The translations under genes were made by a program, and so were the position numbers. A stretch of DNA of 64,000 nt. It comes from Alphaproteobacteria bacterium. GTDB lineage: Bacteria; Pseudomonadota; Alphaproteobacteria; UBA8366. Positions within the stretch are counted from its first letter, which is position 1. Each line of letters begins with the position of its first letter. The stretch is from the NCBI GenBank assembly GCA_009377445.1, contig WHUA01000004.1, positions 85,273 through 149,272 of the forward strand, in the 5' to 3' direction. Of the stretch, positions 53,266 to 60,476 are shown one piece after another. Under the pieces are notes generated by a model, which ran no database searches, had not been told where the DNA came from, and saw only the letters and a program-made list of their open reading frames with translations.

Positions 53266-53622
53266 TCAGCGGACCTGCACGTTGACGCCGCGCGCGACAG
53301 TCGAGTTGACGCCGCTCCCCGGCGACACCCCGTTTCGTTTCGGCCGGCCCAACTCGTCGAACAGGATGACCGATACATCGCCCGGCGGCGGCGCATCCGC
53401 CTCGACGGCGGTTTTCGCCCCCAGGCCGGAGACCGCTCGCAATTCGGCATCGTTTAGCTCGCCGCGGGCCGCAAAGGTCCCGGCGGCGCCCGTGCCGGGC
53501 ATGCCTGCCGCGTCGGCTGCCGTGACGCGCGGACGGATTTCGTCCGCCACCGCCGGCATCGCCGCGAGGGCCGTTCCAGCGCATAGCATTGTTGTCGCCA
53601 ACAGGCGACACGAGAACCGCAT
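53266..53622 (-). CDS. Small secreted protein (118 aa), first gene of the minus-strand cluster
   Basis: ATG follows GAGGTG. Signal peptide MRFSCRLLATTMLCAGTALAAMPAVA. Third-position GC is high. I recognise no family. Confidence 0.5.
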   Translation of the reverse strand: MRFSCRLLATTMLCAGTALAAMPAVADEIRPRVTAADAAGMPGTGAAGTFAARGELNDAELRAVSGLGAKTAVEADAPPPGDVSVILFDELGRPKRNGVSPGSGVNSTVARGVNVQVR

Positions 53623-53665
53623 CGTATTCGCTCACCTCGCCGTCATCGTATTGTCGCGAAAAGCA

Positions 53666-53680
53666 GCAAGAACCGTGCCG
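53666..53680 (-). promoter_or_regulatory. Sigma-54 promoter upstream of the 118-aa gene
   Basis: The minus strand reads CGGCACG-GTTC-TTGC; only the first base differs from TGGCACG-N4-TTGC. It lies about 45 nt upstream of ATG 53622. Confidence 0.65.
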
Positions 53681-53773
53681 CGCCGCCGCAAGGCGAATTC
53701 GGGCCGGCCAGCCTCGAATTGCCGTCTATTCCGCCTCGGAGGACGGCGTCTCCGCCGCATCGCACGGATCCGT

Positions 53774-53801
53774 CTGTAAATCCCCACTGTAAACTTTACA
53801 G
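53774..53801. promoter_or_regulatory. CTGTAAA half-site plus CTGTAAA-C-TTTACAG palindrome, candidate enhancer (UAS) for the 53666 sigma-54 promoter
   Basis: CTGTAAA lies at 53774..53780 and CTGTAAACTTTACAG at 53787..53801, about 95-135 bp upstream of the -24/-12 element. Confidence 0.5.
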
Positions 53802-53838
53802 CGCGCCGACGGCGCGCCGTTTCTGGTTTCCGTCCCGC

Positions 53839-55188
53839 ATGCCGCGTGACACAATCGTGCGCCGGAAAGGAGATTTTCCTTTGCCTCGTCTGGCCTTTTC
53901 ATGGGGCGCTGGCTGCCTGCTCGCGATACTTTCCGCCTGCTCGAACGACGACGCCCTGATCAAGACGACCGCCGGGTACCCGCCGGTGGAGATGCAGCCG
54001 TCCGATCTGCCGAGCTTCGCGATCGGCGACAGCTTCACCTTCGACAATCCGGACGAGACATGGACGGTTTCGGGGATTCAGGACGGGCTGGTGATTTGGC
54101 GCAGCTCGCTCGGCGGTTCCCGAAAGACGGTATTCGCCCCCTTCGTCCCGCCAATCGAATGGACGGCGAAGGGTAACGCAGCCGGTGAAGAGCGACTGAC
54201 CGGTTGGGGCGACGGGCTCTTTCCTTTGAAGGGCGGGAAGAAGACGGCGTTCCGGACGCGCGCGCGAATGAACGGAGAAGCCGATGCGACACCGTTCGAG
54301 TGGAAATGTTACTCCGGCAATCCGCGCAAGGTGACGGTGAAGGCCGGCGCGTACGCGGCCTATCCGCTCTTCTGCCGGCGCAACGACGGCCTGACGACGC
54401 AATCCTTCTACGCCCCCGAAGTCAATGCGCCGCTGATGATAACCCAGCGTAAGCGCCCGGCCCCGGCGGAAACGCGCGAGCTGGTGGGCTTCAAGCTCGC
54501 CACAGGACCGCGGATTGCCGCGACGCCGGCCCACGGCCTGCCGAAGGGTGTCGCGCTCGCCGCCGTGGAGCCCGCGGCGCGTCCGGCGCAACCCGCCGGA
54601 ACAGCCGTCGCCGACGCTGGCGGCGCGCCCGTCGCGCCGTCGTCGGCACCGTCGTCGACACCAGCGTCCACACCGGCTTCAGCATCGCCGCCCGCTGCGG
54701 CCCTTGCCCCACCGCCGCAGATCGCCCACGCGGCTGCGCAGCGCCCGCCGGCCATCGCGGCGCGCCCCGCCGCGCCCGTCTCCAGTGGGACGCCGACGAT
54801 CGCGCCGCCGCCGCGTATCGGGCCGCCGGCCGCCGCAACGCCGCCGGTAATCGCGCTGGCGCCGCCCGCCAGCGCGACGACGCCCGCGGACAAGGTTGAG
54901 CCGCGCGCGGCAAGCGGCCCAACCTTGTCCGCGGGCTTCGGCGCGCAAATCGCGTCCTATCAGGTTCCCGCGAACGTCGAACGCGGCTGGGTCAGCCTGC
55001 GGCAACGGCACGGGCCATTGCTGGACAGCGTGGGACACGTGGTCCGGCGGGTCGAACTCGGCGGCGGCAAAGGCGTCTTCCACCGATTGCTTGCCGGGCC
55101 TTTCCCGGCGCGTTCGTCCGCGGAGCAACTGTGCAGGTCGATCCGCAGCCGCGGCGCCGGATGCATTGTCCAGCCGCTCGAAGGGTGA
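53839..55188 (+). CDS. Lipoprotein with long Pro/Ala-rich linker and C-terminal SPOR domain
   Basis: Lipobox LAILSAC-S, then ~130 aa of P/A/S low complexity. The C-terminal FGAQIASYQVPANVERGW...FHRLLAGPFPARSSAEQLC is a SPOR (septal peptidoglycan-binding) pattern. Confidence 0.7.
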   Translation: MPRDTIVRRKGDFPLPRLAFSWGAGCLLAILSACSNDDALIKTTAGYPPVEMQPSDLPSFAIGDSFTFDNPDETWTVSGIQDGLVIWRSSLGGSRKTVFAPFVPPIEWTAKGNAAGEERLTGWGDGLFPLKGGKKTAFRTRARMNGEADATPFEWKCYSGNPRKVTVKAGAYAAYPLFCRRNDGLTTQSFYAPEVNAPLMITQRKRPAPAETRELVGFKLATGPRIAATPAHGLPKGVALAAVEPAARPAQPAGTAVADAGGAPVAPSSAPSSTPASTPASASPPAAALAPPPQIAHAAAQRPPAIAARPAAPVSSGTPTIAPPPRIGPPAAATPPVIALAPPASATTPADKVEPRAASGPTLSAGFGAQIASYQVPANVERGWVSLRQRHGPLLDSVGHVVRRVELGGGKGVFHRLLAGPFPARSSAEQLCRSIRSRGAGCIVQPLEG

Positions 55189-55195
55189 CGCGCCC

Positions 55196-56146
55196 TTACG
55201 CGACGCCGCCGTCGACCCGGCCGGGCATTTCCAGGAACGAGCGCAGCACATGCCAGAAGCGGTGGCGGTTGAGGCCGACCGTCATGTTGTGCGCCTGGCC
55301 CGAGAGCGTGACCATGAATTTGTCCTTGGTCGGCAGGGCCGCATAGAAAGCGGCATTGTCCTCGTCGGTGGTGATGCCGTCATGGTCGCCGCGTATGATG
55401 AGCACCGGACAGGTGATCCGCGCGGGATCGACCAGCGGCAGGTTGATGCACATGTCGATGTAGGTGCCGTTCGGCACGCTGCCGCCGCCATGCGCCATTT
55501 CCGCTTTCGCCGCCGCGGCCGGCAGGTCCGGAGCGGTCAGCCCCACGACGTCGCGCGTGAACATGTTGAGAAAGTACTGCTCCCCGACTTCGCGCCGGTT
55601 GGTCGCCTGCCATTCCGCCAAACGCTCGCGCCGCTTGATCAGCGACGGCGCGTCCTTGCCCGTCCACGGGAAAGCGGCAAGCGCCAGGCGCTCGACCCAT
55701 TGCGGCGCTGCGTTACAGAAGGCGCCCGCGCGAAGCGCGCCGGACGAAGTGCCGAAGAAGTTGAAACGCGACTGTCCGGTCGCCTTCTTGACGATGGGCA
55801 TCGCCGCCTTGATATCCTCGGCGCCGTCCAGGATATAGGAATAGCCGGGCGTGCGGCTCGACCGGCCGTAACCCTCGTGGTCCATGGTCCAGACGTCGAA
55901 GCCCCATTTGGCGAAGACGTTCATCACGGAATATTCGTCGTCGCCCGGCCCCTTCAGGTCGTAACTGGTGCGCGCCGCCTGCGACGATCCGTGGACCAGG
56001 AACAGCACCGGGCGGGCGCCGGCCTTGCCCGCGTGGGGCGCCGTCTTGCGGTAGACGAACAGGTCGACGTCTCCCTTCTTGGCCCAGTATTCTTCACCGA
56101 CCACATCGGCGGTTTCCTGCACGCGAACGAAACCCTTGGCGGTCAT
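55196..56146 (-). CDS. Alpha/beta hydrolase
   Basis: Has PVLFLVHGSS (oxyanion region), the nucleophile elbow FFGTSSGA (GxSxG) and IIRGDHDG. ATG follows GGGAGA. Confidence 0.8.
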   Translation of the reverse strand: MTAKGFVRVQETADVVGEEYWAKKGDVDLFVYRKTAPHAGKAGARPVLFLVHGSSQAARTSYDLKGPGDDEYSVMNVFAKWGFDVWTMDHEGYGRSSRTPGYSYILDGAEDIKAAMPIVKKATGQSRFNFFGTSSGALRAGAFCNAAPQWVERLALAAFPWTGKDAPSLIKRRERLAEWQATNRREVGEQYFLNMFTRDVVGLTAPDLPAAAAKAEMAHGGGSVPNGTYIDMCINLPLVDPARITCPVLIIRGDHDGITTDEDNAAFYAALPTKDKFMVTLSGQAHNMTVGLNRHRFWHVLRSFLEMPGRVDGGVA

Positions 56147-56391
56147 CGGAGCGTCTCCCTGAAAACTTTCTTTTTATCGGTCTGCGGCCGTCCCGTGCGG
56201 GCATGGCGCGAAAGCGCACCCGCACGGACTGCAACTATCTTGCGGAACGGACGGCGCATCAAGCCTCGGCTGAACCGAATCCGGACGATCCGGCGGGAGC
56301 CGGCCGTGCTCGTCGACGGGAGCGAACGCAGGGGAACGCGACCAGGGGACCTTGCCGCCTGAAGCACCGCCGCCGGGCGGCTGGGCACGCG

Positions 56392-57033
56392 TCAGCGCGT
56401 TCCGTTGGCCTTCTGCACGTGGCTGCGCAGGGTGTCGAGCATGCCGTCGACGCCTTTGCTCTTCACGATCGAAGCGATCTCGGATTTCTGCGTGACGAGC
56501 ATGCTCACGCCGTCGACCGACACGTCGACGATCTTGTTCTGCTCCCGGCCTTCCTGGCGGACGCGCCATTCGACCTTGTTGTCCCGGCTGGGTCCGGTCA
56601 CTTTCGTCTGCACGAGAATGCTGTCGCGTCCGACGGCGGATGCATCGCCGACCGCGATGGCCTCACCCTTGTAGCCGCCGAAGCGCCGCGAATAGGTTTT
56701 GAGCACCCATTCGCTGAACAATTTCTGAAACTCCGCTTGCTGCTTTGGCGACATGTCCTGCCAATGCTTGCCCGCGACAGTACGGCTGATCGACTGCATG
56801 GCGAAATAATTGGTCAGGATCGTGCGGAACTTGGCTTCGCGCTGCGCGAGATCGCCCTTCTCGGTTTTCAGGACGGCAAGCGCCTGTTTCGTCAGATCCT
56901 CGATCAGCTTCTTCGCCTGTGGCGCATCGGTGCCGGCGAACGCGAATGAAGCCGGCGCCAGCGCCACCACCATGACCAACAGGGCAAACAGCGCCCCAAA
57001 TCGCCGAACGCGCGGTCTTACGCCGTTGTCCAT
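56392..57033 (-). CDS. MlaC/Ttg2D-family phospholipid-binding periplasmic protein
   Basis: A signal peptide is followed by LAQREAKFRTILTNYFAMQSISRTVAGKHWQDMSPKQQAEFQKLFSEWVLKTYSRRF, the Tol-tolerance/MlaC signature. The start is ATG 57033 (alternatives 57060 and 57084). Confidence 0.75.
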   Translation of the reverse strand: MDNGVRPRVRRFGALFALLVMVVALAPASFAFAGTDAPQAKKLIEDLTKQALAVLKTEKGDLAQREAKFRTILTNYFAMQSISRTVAGKHWQDMSPKQQAEFQKLFSEWVLKTYSRRFGGYKGEAIAVGDASAVGRDSILVQTKVTGPSRDNKVEWRVRQEGREQNKIVDVSVDGVSMLVTQKSEIASIVKSKGVDGMLDTLRSHVQKANGTR

Positions 57034-57435
57034 GGTATTGCCGCGCCGCGTATGAAGCATGAGAAAGTCCGGGAAGGATCGCATCGTCGGATTCGCCTCC
57101 TGATACCTTTGTGGCCGTTTCTTAACGCATTCCGCAGGCAAAAGTTCCAGGCTACTACTACGTAGAGAATCGGTCTTTTTCCGTGGAGGGAATGTGGCAA
57201 TTCCATGTTTACTGGAATTGCCAACCGAGATTGCAATTACGCAGGTCCGTCGCCGATACGCCGCGGCCGGATCGGTTACCCCCAAATGCACGAAGTGCGG
57301 CAACAGGACGTTCAATAGCTGGAGCGTCATGCAACTGGATCGGAACACGTAGCTAAATCGACTTAAGCCCGTGTGATTGCACTACTCACCGAATCGGTGT
57401 TTAAAAGTAGTATCCAATATATTGGGAGAGGCATC

Positions 57436-57954
57436 ATGTGGAGCAAAGCTGGTATTTTAGTAGTAGCACTCGTAGCATTCGCCGCGCCCGCCAAAGCATT
57501 GCTGGTGGATGGTAGTTTTAAGATCACTCTCACGGGAGAGAAGATCGTTCCAAGTCCCGGCACGTTCGATGTAATCGGCAGCTCCGTTGTGAACTTCACG
57601 ATGGACCTATTTAGCAATAATGACGGTCCAGATCGCTTCAGTACCTATAGCACTGACTCGACGCTCGAACCGTCGAACTTCGGCACGGTTCTTGAGGGCG
57701 ACATCACGAACGACTGGCATGCCGGCTTCGGTATCATCCAACGAATTACATTCACCACCGAAGGAACTTGGGTATGCATTGGAGTCAGTGGGTGCGCAAC
57801 GAACTCATTTTTTCTGGAACTCGGCGACCGCGGTAGTTACACAATCTCGCCCGAGGTTTCGGCCGTCCCGCTTCCCGCTGCGGTGTGGCTGTTCCTGTCC
57901 GCCCTGGGCGGCCTTGGCCTGTTCGGGTGGCGAAAGCGTCGGGCAGACGCGTAG
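57436..57954 (+). CDS. Secreted protein with C-terminal VPLPA-CTERM-type sorting signal
   Basis: ATG follows GGGAGAGG. Signal peptide ..AAPAKA-LL. The C terminus VPLPAAVWLFLSALGGLGLFGWRKRRADA has the motif, a TM helix and a basic tail. Lower-GC gene. Confidence 0.65.
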   Translation: MWSKAGILVVALVAFAAPAKALLVDGSFKITLTGEKIVPSPGTFDVIGSSVVNFTMDLFSNNDGPDRFSTYSTDSTLEPSNFGTVLEGDITNDWHAGFGIIQRITFTTEGTWVCIGVSGCATNSFFLELGDRGSYTISPEVSAVPLPAAVWLFLSALGGLGLFGWRKRRADA

Positions 57955-57972
57955 CGGTGCGCTGACCGTCTG

Positions 57973-58302
57973 CTAATACCAGCCAATAAGGCGGCCCTCT
58001 TCGAAGCGACCCGGCATGTGCTCGCTCACGAACCACGCGAGCGCCAATGTCGTCGCCATGTCGGCCGGCGTCGTCTTCGTCTCGAAGCTCGCCAATTCCT
58101 CGAGCAGCAGATCGCGCATAGGCAGCGCCCGCAGAATGCCGAGCGTGCCATTTTCGAGCGCGCCCGCGAGATCGGTTAGCAGCACCGACTTACCAAAGTT
58201 CTCGGGCACAAACGCATCGAACAAACGATGATCTATGCACATCTCGCGACACAGGATCTCCGCGACGACATGCAACGGGTGGGCACAAATGCCGGCACAC
58301 AT
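57973..58302 (-). pseudogene. Possible gene remnant next to the tRNA (faint resemblance to a phage/GTA terminase large-subunit C terminus)
   Basis: ORF 57973..58413 overlaps the tRNA at its 5' end, so only the part from ATG 58302 could be translated. LEELASFETKTTPADMATTLALAWFV loosely recalls the terminase C-terminal LE..F....D..DAL.WA pattern. Very weak. Confidence 0.2.
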
Positions 58303-58354
58303 GGAACGGATTCGGAACGCGTGAAGATCAGCGAGACAGCGTAACTTATTGAAA

Positions 58355-58443
58355 TGGCGGAGGGACCGGGAATCGAACCCGGGCAACGGTATTACCCGTT
58401 GACGGATTAGCAATCCGCTGCATTACCGCTCTGCCATCCCTCC
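58355..58443 (-). tRNA. tRNA-Ser (anticodon GCU)
   Basis: The 89-nt reverse complement GGAGGGATGGCAGAGCGGTAATGCAGCGGATTGCTAATCCGTCAACGGGTAATACCGTTGCCCGGGTTCGATTCCCGGTCCCTCCGCCA folds as a class II tRNA. It has a 7-bp acceptor stem, anticodon loop TTGCTAA, a long variable arm (AACGG/CCGTT), a T-arm CCGGG-TTCGATT-CCCGG and an encoded CCA. Confidence 0.92.
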
Positions 58444-58586
58444 GCCGGGCCGGCCGATGGCCGGGCCAAGCCATGTAGCCCGCCCACCCGCCCCTGTCAA
58501 TGTTCGGCGGGGCGACAGCCGCGAAACTCATGCTAAGGTGCCGCGGTCACCGGCAAGGCTGCCGCAATGAAACCAGAACGGGAATA

Positions 58587-60122
58587 ATGCACCCGCCCCG
58601 CCGCCCGGCCGCGGACACGGCAGAGGCCGCCGCCCTGACGCCCGCCCGCCGTGCGGTGCTGACGGCCGGGATCATGCTGGCGACGGGGCTGCAGTTCCTC
58701 GACGGCACCATCGTCGCGGTGGCGATCAATCACATGCAGGGATCGCTCTCGGCGACGCCGGAGCAGATCTCTTGGGTCGCCACCGCCTATCTCGTGACCG
58801 CCGCGATGTTCATGCCGCTGGCCGGCTGGCTGTCCGGCCACATCGGCCGGCGTCGCATGATGCTGGCCGCCATCGTCGCCTTCGCGATCCTGCCGGTGCT
58901 GACCGGCTCGGCCGCCAGCCTGGAGCAGATGATCCCGCTCCGCATCGCGCTCGGCCTGTGCGGCGCGGTGCTGGTGCCGCTGTCGCAGGCGGCGATGCTC
59001 GACATCTACCCGCGCGAGAAGCACGGCATGGCGATCGGCCTCTGGGGCATCGCGACGACGCTGGGGCCGGCGGTGGCGCCGGTGCTGGGCGGCTGGCTGG
59101 CCGAGACCTATAGCTGGCGCTACGCCTTCTACGCCATCACGCCGTTCAGCCTGGTCTCGTTCCTGATCCTGCTGCCGCTGCTGCCGGAAGGGCTGCGCCA
59201 GGGACAGCGGCGCTTCGACATGCAGGGCTTCCTGATGCTCACGGTATCGGTCGGCGCGCTGCAGCTCATGATCAACCGCGGCGAGCGCGAGGACTGGTTC
59301 GCTTCGACGGAAATCATCGTCGAGGCGGCGATTGCGATCACCGGCTTTTACATGTTCGTCGTGCACCTGTTCTTCGCGCGCCAGCCCTTCCTCAACCTGG
59401 CGCTCTTCAAGGACCGCAACTACGTCGCGGGGCTGCTGTTCGTCGTGCTGTCCGGCCCGACGCAGTTCGCAACCGTGCTGATGATGCCGATGATGGTGCA
59501 GACGGTGCATGCCTATCCGGTGCTGATGGCGGGCTTCATCATGGCGCCGCGCGGCATCGGCACGATCATCTCGATGGCGATCGCCGGATGGCTGACGCAG
59601 CGCATGGACACGCGCATCCTGATGATCGCCGGCTTCGCGATGCTGGTCGTCGCGAATTATGCGGTCGCGGTGTTCGGTCCGGATATCGGCTTCTGGGACA
59701 TCGTCATAGCCTCATTCGGCCAGGGCTTCGGCATGGGATTCACCATGGTGCCGCTGAGCCTGATCGCCTATTCGACGCTCAGCCCGGCGCTGCGCCCGGA
59801 AGGCACCGCGCTGTTCAACCTGGTGCGGGGGCTGAGCGGCGCGATGTCCGTGGCGCTGATCGTCGCCGTGCTGACCCGCACCGCGCAGGTCACGCGCAGC
59901 ACGCTGGTCGAACACATCCGCCCGGCCCGCGAGCTGCTCTACGGCGCCGACATCCCGGCCCTGTGGGCCATCGAGACGATGCCCGGCATCGCCTCGCTCA
60001 ACCGGGAAATCGTGCACCAATCCATGCTGATCGCCTTCCAGAACAGCTTCCTGATCATGGTCGTGGTGCCGGCGGCCGGAATCGTCTTGACGCTGCTCAT
60101 CGGCAGGCACAAGACTCAATGA
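58587..60122 (+). CDS. MFS transporter, DHA2 (EmrB/QacA) family (second copy)
   Basis: VAINHMQGSLSATPEQISWVATAYLVTAA and GRRRMMLAAIVAF. 14-TM type. ATG 58587. Confidence 0.85.
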   Translation: MHPPRRPAADTAEAAALTPARRAVLTAGIMLATGLQFLDGTIVAVAINHMQGSLSATPEQISWVATAYLVTAAMFMPLAGWLSGHIGRRRMMLAAIVAFAILPVLTGSAASLEQMIPLRIALGLCGAVLVPLSQAAMLDIYPREKHGMAIGLWGIATTLGPAVAPVLGGWLAETYSWRYAFYAITPFSLVSFLILLPLLPEGLRQGQRRFDMQGFLMLTVSVGALQLMINRGEREDWFASTEIIVEAAIAITGFYMFVVHLFFARQPFLNLALFKDRNYVAGLLFVVLSGPTQFATVLMMPMMVQTVHAYPVLMAGFIMAPRGIGTIISMAIAGWLTQRMDTRILMIAGFAMLVVANYAVAVFGPDIGFWDIVIASFGQGFGMGFTMVPLSLIAYSTLSPALRPEGTALFNLVRGLSGAMSVALIVAVLTRTAQVTRSTLVEHIRPARELLYGADIPALWAIETMPGIASLNREIVHQSMLIAFQNSFLIMVVVPAAGIVLTLLIGRHKTQ

Positions 60123-60158
60123 CGGGAGCAGGACGACCTTCCAGCGAAAGGCAGGCCG

Positions 60159-60437
60159 ATGCTTCCGATCGACATCTCGGTTTCCGTATCGATACTGATC
60201 GCGCTTCTCGCCGGATGGATGGCGCAGCCGGTCGTCGTCCGGCCGACCGGTGGAAGCAGCTATACTTTGCTTTACATCAAGCTGCCGGTCGACACGGTCT
60301 CGCACATGCGCCGGCAACTGACGGAGTCCGCCCGCGAGATATGCCCGGCCGGTTACACCGAAAGGCGCGAATATCCCGATCCGACCCTCATCCCGTCTCG
60401 CACGCTGATTTGGGATGTCGAGTGCGGAAAGACGTGA
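60159..60437 (+). CDS. Hypothetical small membrane-anchored protein (92 aa)
   Basis: The ATG has a weak AAGG upstream. It has one N-terminal hydrophobic helix and lies directly downstream of the MFS gene. I recognise no family. Confidence 0.4.
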   Translation: MLPIDISVSVSILIALLAGWMAQPVVVRPTGGSSYTLLYIKLPVDTVSHMRRQLTESAREICPAGYTERREYPDPTLIPSRTLIWDVECGKT

Positions 60438-60476
60438 CGGCTGCGGAGGAGCACGACTTGCCCCTCCGCCCGGCTT

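Noticed and set aside
53787-53801. CTGTAAACTTTACAG, considered as a LexA SOS box (CTGT-N8-ACAG).
   Set aside because: The spacer is 7 nt, not 8. Alphaproteobacterial LexA recognises a GTTC-N7-GTTC direct repeat. The position ~120-135 bp upstream of a sigma-54 promoter, together with a second copy in the same relative position, fits an enhancer site better.
53719-53838. N-terminal 40 codons of ORF 53719-55188.
   Set aside because: This segment covers the CTGTAAA repeats and has no signal-peptide character. The lipoprotein signal and lipobox follow ATG 53839.
58303-58413. N-terminal part of ORF 57973-58413.
   Set aside because: It overlaps the well-folded tRNA-Ser gene on the same strand, so a protein start inside a tRNA is implausible.
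58355-58443. Search for an att-type direct repeat of the tRNA-Ser 3' end and for an integrase, to define a mobile island.
   Set aside because: I found no copy of GGAGGGACCGGGAATCGAA-like sequence by eye at 47.2 kb or elsewhere, and no integrase or recombinase gene in the window. The island idea is kept only as a low-confidence finding.
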